This document shows, piece after piece, positions 9,148-18,870 of a stretch of DNA of 46,360 bases; positions within the stretch are counted from its first letter, which is position 1; the number at the start of each line of letters is the position of its first letter. Origin of the DNA: Anaerolineae bacterium (GTDB taxonomy: Bacteria; Chloroflexota; Anaerolineae; Aggregatilineales; Phototrophicaceae); contig DAOTXA010000300.1 of the NCBI GenBank assembly GCA_034435595.1, positions 1-46,360 on the forward strand, in the 5' to 3' direction. Made by a program: the position numbers and the translations under genes. The notes under the pieces were generated by a model. That model was not told where the DNA came from, made no database searches, and saw nothing but the letters and a program-made list of their open reading frames with translations.

Positions 9148-10338
9148 ATGCGCGTATGTATGGTGGTAGATCGCTTTCATCCCCTTATAGGGGGCGTGGA
9201 GCAGCAGACCTTGCAATTATCCAAGGCGTTGATTGACTGTAACGTGCAGGTTATGGTGCTAACCCGACGAGTGAATCAATCGTTACCTGCTTTTGAGGAA
9301 CTGGAAGGAGTCAGCGTTTATCGTGTTCCACCGGGTGGCAGAAGAAGCCATTGGCTGAACCTGATATCGGTGCCGATTTTTGTGTATGCATTGTTACGTC
9401 ATCGGCGTCGTTTTGATGTACTTCATGTTCACGACATGTTCGCGCTTTTTTTAGCAGCGGTTATATTTCACTGGCTGACCCGTAAACCGTTTATCGTCAA
9501 GGTACCAACGCATGGCAATGTCGAACGGCGAGCATCGAAAACTACACACACATCCCTTTACTCATGGCTCTTGCATCGTGTGATTCTTCCGGATTTCTTC
9601 TGGCGATTGTTACTAAAACAACCGGCATCATATATTGCAATCAGTCAGGAAATCGCTGACGAATTAAGCGCTTCTGGATTGGCTGACAAAATCGTGCGGA
9701 TTCCAAATGCAGTTGATGTGAGCCGTTTCAGACCACTCGATCATCAAGAGCGAACTGCGCTCCGTGCTCGTTTGGGGTTCGACCTGAACGACTTTGTCAT
9801 TGTGTCACATGGGCGTATTGTGGCACGTAAGCGATTAGATGTGTTGATAGATGCAGTGAGCCGCCTTGCTTCAACACATCGAGGAATTCGTCTGGTATTG
9901 CCGGGACCCTTCTATCCACCTGATCCGGCGCTGAAAGATTCTCTGAATTCGATGGTTCAAACATCAAAGTTGAGCGATGTGATAATCTTCACAGGAGCAA
10001 CGGACGAGCCGGAAATGTTCCTTCGTGCGGCTGATTGTTTCGTGCTGCCTTCAGAACGTGAAGGAATGCCTAACGCACTCTTAGAAGCTATGGCGTGCAA
10101 ACTCCCCGTTATCGCGAGCGAGATTGGGGGTGTGACGGATGTGCTTCGTCATACTGAGAACGGCTTCATGTTTGCTATCGGCGACGTTAATGCTCTGGTA
10201 GATTTATTGAATATGTGCATTCGTGATGCTGATAAGACGCTTGCACTCGCTAATGAGGCGCATCGGACGATTCAACAAGACTATATCTGGTCAGTTATTT
10301 CGCAGAAGTACAAAACGCTTTATGCGAATTTAGTCTAA
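9148..10338 (+). CDS. Glycosyltransferase family 4 (GT-B fold)
   Basis: N-terminus MRVCMVVDRFHPLIGGVEQ. The C-terminal GT1/GT4 signature is CFVLPSEREGMPNALLEAMACKLPVIASEIGGVTDVL..ENGF. Confidence 0.85.
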   Translation: MRVCMVVDRFHPLIGGVEQQTLQLSKALIDCNVQVMVLTRRVNQSLPAFEELEGVSVYRVPPGGRRSHWLNLISVPIFVYALLRHRRRFDVLHVHDMFALFLAAVIFHWLTRKPFIVKVPTHGNVERRASKTTHTSLYSWLLHRVILPDFFWRLLLKQPASYIAISQEIADELSASGLADKIVRIPNAVDVSRFRPLDHQERTALRARLGFDLNDFVIVSHGRIVARKRLDVLIDAVSRLASTHRGIRLVLPGPFYPPDPALKDSLNSMVQTSKLSDVIIFTGATDEPEMFLRAADCFVLPSEREGMPNALLEAMACKLPVIASEIGGVTDVLRHTENGFMFAIGDVNALVDLLNMCIRDADKTLALANEAHRTIQQDYIWSVISQKYKTLYANLV

Positions 10339-10346
10339 TGCTGCGG

Positions 10347-11339
10347 TCAACGAGACAGTAATTCTTCAAGTGTATCGTGGATGATCTGAGTGCGCGTGGC
10401 CATACTAAAGTTGTGCAAAACGCGTTTGCGGGCACTTTCGCCGACTTCATTAGGTGATTCCAGGCCGACTCGAATTGCATGAGCAATCTCTTCAGGCGTT
10501 GTATCCTTTGTAAAGACACCACTTTCTCCTACGACTTCTGGTAGTGCTCCTTCATTCGAAACCACTGGAATGCATCGCGCTAGCATCGCCTCTGCAACAG
10601 CCAATCCAAACCCTTCGTGTTGTGATACTTGAACATAGACCCTGGCCTTTTGTCGCAATGAAAGGAGTTCTGAGTCTGGCATGAACCCTGTGAATTCGAC
10701 ATTATTGGTTGCGATGGTTTGCAGGTGATGAATGTAGTCGTCACGTGGCTTTCCTACCACGATAAATGGAATATCGGGCAGGAATTTAGCGGCTTCGACA
10801 AAGGGTTGAATTCCTTTTCGATAGGCGGTAACGCGATCCACATCTCCGACAGTGAAAGCAATAGGTGACTTTGGTGTTTGCTCTTGAAAGGCAGGATTGT
10901 CTGGGACACCAAGATAAGCGACTTTGATTTGTTCGTTCTTGAGTGGTGTGTTTCGTAGTGCTTCCTGGCGACTAAAATCCGATGTAGGGATAGCGGTCGT
11001 TGTCAGTTGAAATGTCAGTGAACTGATCAGTTTTGGCAGCCCGCCACGCCGCAAACCATAGTTGATTTCTGGTGCATTCGCCAAATCATAACCGGCAGTA
11101 AGGAGAAGCCTTGGTTTGTTATGGATCGCCCCTGCCAAAAAAGAGGGTAGGCTGTGCCAACTGGCGAACCATGCAACGATTGCATCTGCGCGTCTCGCAG
11201 CCTGCCACATTTTGAAAATGTTAGTGTAACTTTTTCGATTGATGAGATATGACTCGACATGATATCGTTGTTCAAGTATCAACCGGTCTGTCTCTGTGAA
11301 AGGGTTATTCACGCTGGTGATATACAAAATGTTGTTCAT
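10347..11339 (-). CDS. Glycosyltransferase, GT4-like
   Basis: The signature is VYVQVSQHEGFGLAVAEAMLARCIPVVSNEGALPEVVGESG. It is convergent with the previous GT4, with the two stop codons 8 nt apart. Confidence 0.8.
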   Translation of the reverse strand: MNNILYITSVNNPFTETDRLILEQRYHVESYLINRKSYTNIFKMWQAARRADAIVAWFASWHSLPSFLAGAIHNKPRLLLTAGYDLANAPEINYGLRRGGLPKLISSLTFQLTTTAIPTSDFSRQEALRNTPLKNEQIKVAYLGVPDNPAFQEQTPKSPIAFTVGDVDRVTAYRKGIQPFVEAAKFLPDIPFIVVGKPRDDYIHHLQTIATNNVEFTGFMPDSELLSLRQKARVYVQVSQHEGFGLAVAEAMLARCIPVVSNEGALPEVVGESGVFTKDTTPEEIAHAIRVGLESPNEVGESARKRVLHNFSMATRTQIIHDTLEELLSR

Positions 11340-11464
11340 TGAGCCTCCTCAGTGCTGATGTATGTCAGGTATACCGCATGTCAATCAGTATTGTATACTG
11401 TCTGTTATTAACTAACTCAAACGACGCCATTTTTGTTGAACTATGACGCTACAGGGGGTACCTC

Positions 11465-12775
11465 ATGGTGAATTGGCAGGACCGCAGTATCTCTGCGGAA
11501 GATGCTGCGCGGAAAATTTCGTCGGGACAACGGGTGTTTTTGACAGGAAATTGCTCGACGCCGCAGCATATCCTGACCGCTCTGGTCGATCGCTACAAAG
11601 AGCTGACTGCTGTTGAACTTGTTCAATTGCTTGGTATGGGGCCGGGCGACTATGTGACGCCCGATATGGCCGAACATATGCGAATCAATACGTTGTTCAT
11701 CGCTCCGAATATTCGACGTGCCGTGAATGAGGGTCTGGCAGATTATACGCCCACGATGCTGAATGAAATTCCGCGTTTGTTTCGAACCGGACGTTTGCTG
11801 CTTGATGTCGCGGTAATTCATGTTAGCCCGCCGGATACGCACGGATATTGTTCATATGGCGTTGAAGTCGGCGTCACCAAGAGTGCTGCTGAGTCTGCTG
11901 GCATGGTGATTGCTGAAGTGAACCCGAACATGCCGCGTACATTGGGCGATAGCTTCATTCACGTCAACCAGATCGATTACTTCGTTGAAGTGGATTATCC
12001 CTTACCTGAGCTTCCAACTCCGGCTCCATCTGAGGTGCAGGATCAGATTGCAAAGCACATCGCAGAAGAAATCCCGGATAGTGCGACCTTGCAAATGGGA
12101 ATCGGAGGAATTCCAGATGCAGTCCTTAGACGCTTGACCGGGCACAAAAATCTTGGGGTTCATACCGAGTTATTCTCTGACGGTGTGATGGAAATGATTG
12201 AGCGCGGCGTCATTACTAATGCGATGAAATCGATCCATCCTGGAAAAGTAGTGTCAGGATTTCTATTGGGTACCCGGAAGCTGTACAACTACGTTCACGA
12301 CAACCCGATCTTCGAACTGCACCCTACCGAATACGTCAACGATCCTTTTGTGATCGCCCAGAATACCAAGATGATCTCGATCAATTCTGCTCTGGAAGTC
12401 GATATTACCGGGCAAGTTTGCGCTGATAGCATCGGCCCTCGTCTGTACTCTGGCGTAGGAGGACAACTTGACTTTGTGAGAGGTGCGGCGCGAAGCGAGG
12501 GTGGGAAGACGTTCATCGCGCTGCCAAGCACGGCGAAGGGTGGTAGCCTGAGTCGTATTGCGCCGCAGTTGAAACCGGGGGCGGGCGTGGTCACAACCCG
12601 CAACGATGTACATTATGTGGCGACCGAATATGGCACAGTTGATTTATGGGGGCGGAATCTTTCTGAGCGGGTTCATGCGCTGGTAGGTATTGCACATCCT
12701 GATTATCGTGAAGATTTGATGCGGTACGCACGCGAACAGAACTACATCGGTAAGGTGTACCCGGTAGGCAGCTAA
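11465..12775 (+). CDS. Acetyl-CoA hydrolase/transferase family protein (4-hydroxybutyrate CoA-transferase-like)
   Basis: Family-typical blocks are LQMGIGGIPDAV, LGVHTELFSDG, NDPFVIAQN..ISINSALEVDITGQVCADS..SGVGGQLDFVRGA and GGKTFIALPST. A GGGGG RBS lies upstream. Confidence 0.85.
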   Translation: MVNWQDRSISAEDAARKISSGQRVFLTGNCSTPQHILTALVDRYKELTAVELVQLLGMGPGDYVTPDMAEHMRINTLFIAPNIRRAVNEGLADYTPTMLNEIPRLFRTGRLLLDVAVIHVSPPDTHGYCSYGVEVGVTKSAAESAGMVIAEVNPNMPRTLGDSFIHVNQIDYFVEVDYPLPELPTPAPSEVQDQIAKHIAEEIPDSATLQMGIGGIPDAVLRRLTGHKNLGVHTELFSDGVMEMIERGVITNAMKSIHPGKVVSGFLLGTRKLYNYVHDNPIFELHPTEYVNDPFVIAQNTKMISINSALEVDITGQVCADSIGPRLYSGVGGQLDFVRGAARSEGGKTFIALPSTAKGGSLSRIAPQLKPGAGVVTTRNDVHYVATEYGTVDLWGRNLSERVHALVGIAHPDYREDLMRYAREQNYIGKVYPVGS

Positions 12776-12790
12776 ACTGTCTTTTCAATG

Positions 12791-12825
12791 CAAAAGGGTG
12801 TGCACTTAGGGTGCACACCCTTTTG
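12791..12825. terminator. Bidirectional intrinsic terminator between convergent genes
   Basis: Perfect 15 bp stem CAAAAGGGTGTGCAC / GTGCACACCCTTTTG with a 5 nt loop. The A-tract and T-tract lie inside and flank the stem, so it can work on both strands. Confidence 0.8.
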
Positions 12826-12879
12826 GTCGAAGATAAATTTAGCGTAGGTTACCACATCTCAGGCACGTAATTTTCAATG

Positions 12880-13533
12880 CTACAGACCGTAACTTGCCCA
12901 CAGCAAGCCTCTACGAACCATCTCACGCGCTTCTGGTACGTCAAAATCAGCAGCAACATGCCCCAGAGAACAATAGAATACCCTTCCTTTGCCATAGTGA
13001 CGCAGCCAAGTCACAGGCATCACTGTGCTGTCAATCCAACGGGCGTGTTCGCCCGAGAAGGTGGTGGTTGCCAGTGTTTGGTTGGACGGGTCGGTGTGCA
13101 TATAGTATTGTTCGGAGTGCATATCGAAGTCGTCCAACCCGGCAGTGATTGGATGTGTGTGATCTGTGATGTTGACACGATAATCAATGATGCCCCCTGG
13201 GTGAGCGACCCATTGACCACCGACCATCCATTGATATGCGGTGTTTTCGCGAAATGAATCTCCCATGGTACCGTGCCACCCACCGATGCCAACACCGCTT
13301 TCGACAGCAGCAAGCAGGTTTGTCTGTTGTTCCTTGCTGATCTTGCCCATAGTCCATACCGGCACGATGAGATCAAGGCTATTGAGAAGATCAGCGTCTA
13401 GATAGGCGTCAAGCGTATCGGAAACAGTGACCTCATACCCGGCTTCTTCCAACAAACTGGAAAATATGTCGGTAGATTCTTTTGGTGTGTGACCTTCCCA
13501 GCCACCCCAAACGAATAATGCTTTCTTTGTCAT
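12880..13533 (-). CDS. ThuA domain protein (trehalose-utilisation-like, class I glutamine amidotransferase-like fold)
   Basis: The 217 aa length, the N-terminus [13 protein letters not shown] and the C-terminus [12 protein letters not shown] are typical of ThuA-like proteins. Confidence 0.75.
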   Translation of the reverse strand: MTKKALFVWGGWEGHTPKESTDIFSSLLEEAGYEVTVSDTLDAYLDADLLNSLDLIVPVWTMGKISKEQQTNLLAAVESGVGIGGWHGTMGDSFRENTAYQWMVGGQWVAHPGGIIDYRVNITDHTHPITAGLDDFDMHSEQYYMHTDPSNQTLATTTFSGEHARWIDSTVMPVTWLRHYGKGRVFYCSLGHVAADFDVPEAREMVRRGLLWASYGL

Positions 13534-13556
13534 GCTACATCCTTTCAGATGATATG

Positions 13557-14660
13557 TTAGTTATCGAATTGACCTTCTTGTAGGCCTACAGGTAAAGCGG
13601 CTGGACGCTCTACTGTACTGGTAAGATCGATGTGCACGCCGCTTGTAGATGATTCGTCAAAGGCTTGCATGATGTCGAGTACATGCAGGCCCAAGTTGCC
13701 GCTAGCAAGATGTGCTCGATCGGATTTCACAGCGAGAGCAAGGTCAGCAACCCCAATGCCACGCTGGACTGTATCGCTGTGCGTCAGCGGAATTTCCTCC
13801 CAATCGCTTTTTTCAGTCGTGTAAACTTTGACAGGCCCCTTGAATGTATTTGGGTCGGGTACGCTTAAAGTTCCTTCAGAGCCGTAAATTTCAATTCGGG
13901 GTAAGTTGTGTGCCCAGATATCGAAGCTCGTGATAACTGATGCCAAAGCCCCGGATTTAAAGCGAAGTGAACCGGAGAAGTGCGTGTTTACATCAACCTG
14001 TAACATGTCACCAGTGCCAGCCAGACGCTCGGAAAATGATTTGCCGGTAATGGCGCTAACCTGTGCTACGGGACCAAGTAGGGCGACGAGTGCGGTCAAA
14101 TAATATGGGCCAAGATCGAACATGGGGCCGCCCCCGAATTGGTAGAAGAAGGCTGGATTGGGGTGCCACGCTTCGGGACCATGTCCTGCGAAGAAGGCAG
14201 CAGCGGCTACAGGTTGACCGATGACACCGTCGTCAAGTAGCTTGCGGCTCGTTTGAATGCCGCCACCGAGGAAAGTATCTGGTGCGCAGCCGATGCGGAC
14301 GCCCTTTGCCTTCGCGGCTGCCATGATCTTTTCACCATCTTCACGGGTTGTTGCCAGTGGTTTTTCCGTATGGACGTGTTTTCCCGCTTCAATCGCGGAC
14401 AGACTGACTTCTGCGTGTACCGCCGGAATCGTGAGGTTCACAACGATGTCAACACTTGAGGATGCAAGCAGTTCGTCATTGCTCATTGCTATTAGGTTAT
14501 GGTCATTAGCGAATGATTTTGCACGCTCAAGATTGATATCGCTACATGCGACAAGCTCAACGATATCGGGGAATTGTCGGATGCCACGCACGTATGCTGG
14601 TGCAATCTTGCCAGTACCGATTAATCCAACTTTTAGTTTATCTTCCACGAGCGAGGCCAT
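13557..14660 (-). CDS. Gfo/Idh/MocA family NAD(P)-dependent oxidoreductase (ThuB-like)
   Basis: N-terminal Rossmann motif [11 protein letters not shown], the EKPLA motif ([11 protein letters not shown]) and a C-terminal alpha/beta domain. It overlaps the upstream gene's stop by 23 nt. Confidence 0.85.
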   Translation of the reverse strand: MASLVEDKLKVGLIGTGKIAPAYVRGIRQFPDIVELVACSDINLERAKSFANDHNLIAMSNDELLASSSVDIVVNLTIPAVHAEVSLSAIEAGKHVHTEKPLATTREDGEKIMAAAKAKGVRIGCAPDTFLGGGIQTSRKLLDDGVIGQPVAAAAFFAGHGPEAWHPNPAFFYQFGGGPMFDLGPYYLTALVALLGPVAQVSAITGKSFSERLAGTGDMLQVDVNTHFSGSLRFKSGALASVITSFDIWAHNLPRIEIYGSEGTLSVPDPNTFKGPVKVYTTEKSDWEEIPLTHSDTVQRGIGVADLALAVKSDRAHLASGNLGLHVLDIMQAFDESSTSGVHIDLTSTVERPAALPVGLQEGQFDN

Positions 14661-15396
14661 TCTGGGTCATGTAGGCGTAGCTTTTTTCGATTGCTTCCAT
14701 CATATCTGTGTCGCAGCGATCCAATTCCACAATCAGCCATTGTGCGGTGCCTTCGCCAGCCTTGACGATAGCGGGTATGTCCATGACGCCGTCCCCGGCA
14801 GCTTGCATTGCTTGCCCACGCACACCGGGTCCGTCTTTGATGTGAAGCAGGGGTGAGCGTGCGCCCAAATCCTTAACAAGCTCGGCAGCATCGAATCCTC
14901 CGACTTTGACCCAGTAGGTGTCAACCTGCAACTGAATATTTGGATCCAGCTCGGCACGCATGATGTCGTAGCCTGTTTGGTCGCCAATTTGTTTAAATTC
15001 GAAGTCGTGATTGTGATAACCATACTGGAACCCTGCTGCACTCGCATTTGCATAGGCTTCGTTGAGTGTTTCGCAAATACGTTTCACGTTGTCTACTGTG
15101 GTGAATTCCTCGCGTGGTTGATATGGGCAGACGATGGTTTTAAGCCCGTATGCGGCAGCATCTTCGAGGGTCTTTTGCTTATTGTCGCCAATTGGAACCG
15201 ACAAGTGCGAGCTTTCAACTTTCAAATCGAGTTCTGCAAAGAGTTTTGCTGCTTCCTGTGCTGGTACTGGAAGTCCCCCGTATGGTTCTACGCCAATGTA
15301 GCCGATTTCAGCGACTTTACGAATGGTTCCCTCGAAGTCTTCGTTGAGTTTTTCTCGTAGAGAATAAAGTTGTACGGAAATGGGTGTGTTAGACAT
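14638..15396 (-). CDS. Sugar phosphate isomerase/epimerase (xylose isomerase-like TIM barrel)
   Basis: The start is trimmed to ATG at 15396 (MSNTPISVQLYSLRE). Motifs are GYIGVEP, YHNHDFEF, DTYW and the LIVELD-type C-terminus. Confidence 0.85.
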   Translation of the reverse strand: MSNTPISVQLYSLREKLNEDFEGTIRKVAEIGYIGVEPYGGLPVPAQEAAKLFAELDLKVESSHLSVPIGDNKQKTLEDAAAYGLKTIVCPYQPREEFTTVDNVKRICETLNEAYANASAAGFQYGYHNHDFEFKQIGDQTGYDIMRAELDPNIQLQVDTYWVKVGGFDAAELVKDLGARSPLLHIKDGPGVRGQAMQAAGDGVMDIPAIVKAGEGTAQWLIVELDRCDTDMMEAIEKSYAYMTQNGLARGR

Positions 15397-15534
15397 GCGT
15401 CGTATTGTATCCTTTGCTTGTATCCAATAAATTAAATGTAGACTGCACGTGATTCCTGATGTCAAACTCCAAATCAAAGTGGGACGTTGTGGTTGAGAAT
15501 CTGGATTACGTTTTTCTCCCGCATTTCGTGTCAG

Positions 15535-15851
15535 TCAGTGTAAGCGTTTACGCAACAAGGGCATTTTACCGGTTTTTCGATGCCTGTGTGGTTGTTTTTC
15601 AACTTTATTCAGACTAAGGTGAATTGCTACCATACAATAGACTATGTCAGGAAGTGTCTTGAAGATATTCGACCCTGCAACATCTAAGAAGAGGCCGTCA
15701 TAGTCGATGCAATTCAAGACACAGATGATGTTTTCAAGGTTTATGCTTTTGCGTTATGGATACATAAAATTCCATCCGCAACGATGATTACCGAATCACA
15801 AGGTGAGAATTCAAGATACTGTTGTGCCTGCTTGACTTCACCTTCGGATCC
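15535..15851 (-). pseudogene. Decayed C-terminal remnant of a HAD-IA (beta-phosphoglucomutase-like) hydrolase
   Basis: The minus-strand translation gives ..KQAQQYLEFSPCDSVIIVADGILCIHNAKA*, resembling HAD motif III/IV (LGV.PEECVVIEDA..GI.AAKAAG). After a frameshift it continues NIICVLNCIDYDGLFLDVAGSNIFKTLPDIV, resembling VIGV....L..AGAD.V...L.EL. There is no intact N-terminal half. Confidence 0.35.
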
Positions 15852-15877
15852 TTAACATAAACATGATTTATCAAGGC

Positions 15878-15935
15878 ATAGATATATCTATTTAACTACT
15901 GATTGAAATAGTATTGTTCCAACCGGATATATCCG
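15878..15935. promoter_or_regulatory. Two perfect palindromes sharing a GATATATC core, candidate operator pair
   Basis: ATAGATATATCTAT (15878-15891, 14 bp) and CGGATATATCCG (15924-15935, 12 bp). Their centres are 45 bp apart, and they lie 77-134 bp upstream of the EEP gene start. Confidence 0.3.
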
Positions 15936-16011
15936 ACCAATCACTTTGGCCATTTTAACGTCTGTCAGGGTCAAATACTATGTCTGACGCACGTTGTATG
16001 GAAGGTTAACT

Positions 16012-16761
16012 ATGAAAATTGCTACGTTAAATTTGCGACATGATGTTGATCGCTGGGAAGAGCGACGATCACTTGTCGTGAACGCCCTTGCGGATGAAGA
16101 TGCAGACATTATTGCTCTGCAAGAGGTTGCGTTGACATCACCTCAGGCGCAGCAGATTGAAGATGGATTGCGTGAGCTTGGCATTCGTTATACATCGCTG
16201 GTTGCCCCAAAATGGCAAGATAAACCGCGGGAAGGAATCGCAATATTTGTACGTGGTAACCTGTTGCAATATGAACATGTAAATTTGCCCGAGGGGAATA
16301 GGATTGCACAGCGAGTTCAGATTGAGATTGATGGATACTACGTAAACGCAGTAAATGTTCATTTGCATCATCGACCCCGTGATAGCGAAGTGATCCGATT
16401 GCGTCAGATGCGATATCTACTCGATTGGATGCGATCTCGTGCGGATTCCAATTGGTTTCTAGCAGGGGATTTCAACGCACTTCCTGAAAGTGAAACGCTT
16501 CAAATCGCTACAACTTGGCTTAAGTCATCGCACTTGGTTATGCATGGGTTTGAGCCGATAACGCATCCGACACCGCTTAATCCTGATCGAGAACCGGGTA
16601 TGTCACTCTCTATTGATTATGTTCTCTACGATCCTGAGACATTTCGACTCACTAACGCCTATCGATTCGCTGACAATTCTCACCAAAACGATAAAACACT
16701 ATATCCGTCAGATCATTTTGGCGTAGTTGCCTGTTTTGAACCGCTGATTTCTGGCGTCTGA
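16012..16761 (+). CDS. Endonuclease/exonuclease/phosphatase (EEP) family protein
   Basis: ATG 16012 with a GGAAGG RBS. Motifs are MKIATLNLR, IIALQEV, the GDFN segment and the C-terminal SDHFGV. Confidence 0.8.
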   Translation: MKIATLNLRHDVDRWEERRSLVVNALADEDADIIALQEVALTSPQAQQIEDGLRELGIRYTSLVAPKWQDKPREGIAIFVRGNLLQYEHVNLPEGNRIAQRVQIEIDGYYVNAVNVHLHHRPRDSEVIRLRQMRYLLDWMRSRADSNWFLAGDFNALPESETLQIATTWLKSSHLVMHGFEPITHPTPLNPDREPGMSLSIDYVLYDPETFRLTNAYRFADNSHQNDKTLYPSDHFGVVACFEPLISGV

Positions 16762-16780
16762 AAAATTGTCACTTTCTGAT

Positions 16781-16826
16781 CAAGCCACAGTGAGAAGCAT
16801 CCGCTCATGCTTCTCACTGTGGCTTG
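16781..16826. terminator. Long hairpin between convergent genes (20 bp stem, 6 nt loop)
   Basis: CAAGCCACAGTGAGAAGCAT-ccgctc-ATGCTTCTCACTGTGGCTTG. There is no clear U-tract on either side, so calling it an intrinsic terminator is tentative. Confidence 0.55.
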
Positions 16827-16829
16827 GCA

Positions 16830-18695
16830 TCAGAAGGGGAAAAACACTGGGATCATAATCATGGATATTACAAACATTAGCAAGATCAACGGAACGCCAA
16901 TCTTGACATAATCCATGAAGCGGTATTTGCCTGCACCCATCACTAAGGTGTTAACTGGAGAGGCAACGGGCGAAGCAAATGCCATGGATGCTGATATCGC
17001 GACTGTCATTAGAAGCGATTCTGGTGCAATGTCAAGTTGTGTTGCTGTTGCAAAAGCAATTGGTGCCAGGAGCACCGCAGTTGCCGTATTAGACAATACC
17101 TGCGTCAAAACGGCAGTCAACAAGAAGAATCCGGCCATCATGACATATGGGCTTGAATCGCCCAGATTCATGGTAACTTGCGCGACAATTTCGTCGACTA
17201 AACCGACTTTGCGTAGTGCATCTGCCATTGGCAGCATACCACCAATGAGTATGATGCTTTTCCAATCAATAGCATCATAAAACTCGTCAGGTGAAAGGCA
17301 GCCAGTCAAGGCAACTGCCAGTGCTGCTAATAAGCTCGCTGTGGTAAGAGGAAGTAAGTCGAATGCCAGAATTCCGAGCATGGCAAAGAAGATGATCGCA
17401 GCGACTGGTGCTTTCTGGCTGTTGGTTGCATCTACCATAGTTTCAGGTTGCCCCAAGACGATAAAATCTTGCCTGCGTCGCTTTAGAGCAATGATATTAT
17501 GCCACAAGCCTTGAACGATGAGTGTATCACCAAATTCGAGCCGGGTCTTATTCAAGTCGAGTGATTCCTCACCGGGGCGACTTACGTCTAAAATGCTCAA
17601 GTTATAGGATGGGGCAAAGCGAGTTTCTCGCAATGTTTTGCCAATTAATGAAGATCGTGGTGGAAGAAGGACCTCGCCAATACCATGCTGGCGATCTACT
17701 AGCGCCTCTGCATCGTTCTCAGGGTTCGGTTTCAACTCCAGAACGCAATCTTCAATCGCTTTGTTAATGGTATCTTCTCTACCTTGAACGATGAGAACGT
17801 CATCCTGCTTAATTATGGTTTCAGCGGTAGGGAAAACGCGGTCTGATGCGTTCGATTGTAGGATGAGTTTCTGGTCACCAAATGAAGCAACGGAAACAGG
17901 TTCAGGTTCACGTAGGATTTCTACTACAGTCAAGCCAAATTCGCTACGTAGGCGGGCATTTGCGAGTGATTGGTCAATTAAGGGTGACTTGCTTCTCACA
18001 CGCAGATAGAAGAGTTTTTCTGCGAGTCGGTATAACTCAATGAGTTGCTCGGGGCTGGTGGAACGTTCTATGTCTTCGCTTTGATAGTCGGGTAAACGTC
18101 GGCGACCCACGAAAAGCATGAAACCAATACCCGCAACCAGGATAAATACCCCGATAGGCGTAAAATCGAAGAATTCAAATCCTGCGAGGCCCTGATTCTT
18201 TAACTCATCGCTTACAATGATGTTGGGTGGTGTACCGATTAGCGTCATCGCGCCGCCCATTGATGAGCCAAAAGCGAGTGGAAGCAGCAGCTTCGACGGA
18301 CTGATTCCGGCACTGCGAGCGAGACTGATAATTGCCGGAAGCAAGACCGCAACTGCTCCAGTGTTGCTCATAACACCCGACAGCAAACCAATCGCAACCA
18401 TGATGACTACGATGAGACGCGTTTCGTTTGTACCTGCAATTGCTAGAATGCGTCTCCCGATTATTCCGGCCAGCCCGGTTTGTAGAACTGCACCGCCAAC
18501 GACGAAGAGTGCAGCAATCGTTACGACAGCATTGCTCGAGAATCCGGCAATGGCTTCAGCAGGGGTTAGAATCTCTGTCAACATCAATGCGACGACCACA
18601 GCGAGCGCAACAAAGTCCACGCGCACACGTTCAGTGACGAATAATCCGACAGCGATTGCCAGGATGCCCAGCGTTAACCACATATCCTGTGTCAT
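16830..18695 (-). CDS. SLC13/DASS-type anion permease with two central TrkA-C (RCK_C) domains
   Basis: The 621 aa protein has many TM helices at both ends. The central soluble region has two TrkA-C-like repeats (LRVRSKSPLIDQSLANARLRSEFGLTVVEILRE and VLLPPRSSLIGKTLRETRFAPSYNLSILDVSRPG). Confidence 0.85.
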   Translation of the reverse strand: MTQDMWLTLGILAIAVGLFVTERVRVDFVALAVVVALMLTEILTPAEAIAGFSSNAVVTIAALFVVGGAVLQTGLAGIIGRRILAIAGTNETRLIVVIMVAIGLLSGVMSNTGAVAVLLPAIISLARSAGISPSKLLLPLAFGSSMGGAMTLIGTPPNIIVSDELKNQGLAGFEFFDFTPIGVFILVAGIGFMLFVGRRRLPDYQSEDIERSTSPEQLIELYRLAEKLFYLRVRSKSPLIDQSLANARLRSEFGLTVVEILREPEPVSVASFGDQKLILQSNASDRVFPTAETIIKQDDVLIVQGREDTINKAIEDCVLELKPNPENDAEALVDRQHGIGEVLLPPRSSLIGKTLRETRFAPSYNLSILDVSRPGEESLDLNKTRLEFGDTLIVQGLWHNIIALKRRRQDFIVLGQPETMVDATNSQKAPVAAIIFFAMLGILAFDLLPLTTASLLAALAVALTGCLSPDEFYDAIDWKSIILIGGMLPMADALRKVGLVDEIVAQVTMNLGDSSPYVMMAGFFLLTAVLTQVLSNTATAVLLAPIAFATATQLDIAPESLLMTVAISASMAFASPVASPVNTLVMGAGKYRFMDYVKIGVPLILLMFVISMIMIPVFFPF

Positions 18696-18870
18696 AATGT
18701 CCTCTTTAGGGTGGAGCCAGCCAACACATAAAGACTTTGTTCTGCTTATTTAAAGTAGCACACTATTCATCAGGACTTTATGAAGTATTTTCACAGTCTC
18801 ATATTGCCACAGTTTGTACTGAAAGCAAGTGTTTTGTGATTAATTTCACGAGAAGAAAGAACTCATCTCC

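Noticed and set aside
11340-11464. Two GTATAC hexamers 18 nt apart in the divergent GT4 / CoA-transferase promoter region, as a possible operator.
   Set aside because: Hexamer palindromes this short are expected by chance in an AT-rich 125 bp region, and there is no supporting longer symmetry.
12877-13376. Plus-strand ORFs of 126 and 84 aa and a minus-strand 118 aa ORF overlapping the ThuA gene.
   Set aside because: They lie wholly inside a minus-strand ORF with ThuA-typical termini. They have no motifs, no RBS and unusual composition.
14257-14856. A 199 aa plus-strand ORF spanning the Gfo/Idh/MocA and isomerase junction.
   Set aside because: It is antisense to two well-supported genes and its product is Ser/Ala/Pro-rich with no recognisable domain.
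15535-15717. A 60 aa minus-strand ORF treated as a possible small gene.
   Set aside because: It reads as the tail of a frameshifted HAD hydrolase remnant. The similarity continues upstream in another frame past a stop codon, so it is reported as a pseudogene fragment.
18217-18753. A 178 aa plus-strand ORF.
   Set aside because: It is antisense to the N-terminal TM region of the SLC13 transporter. Its composition is typical of the mirror image of a membrane protein gene.
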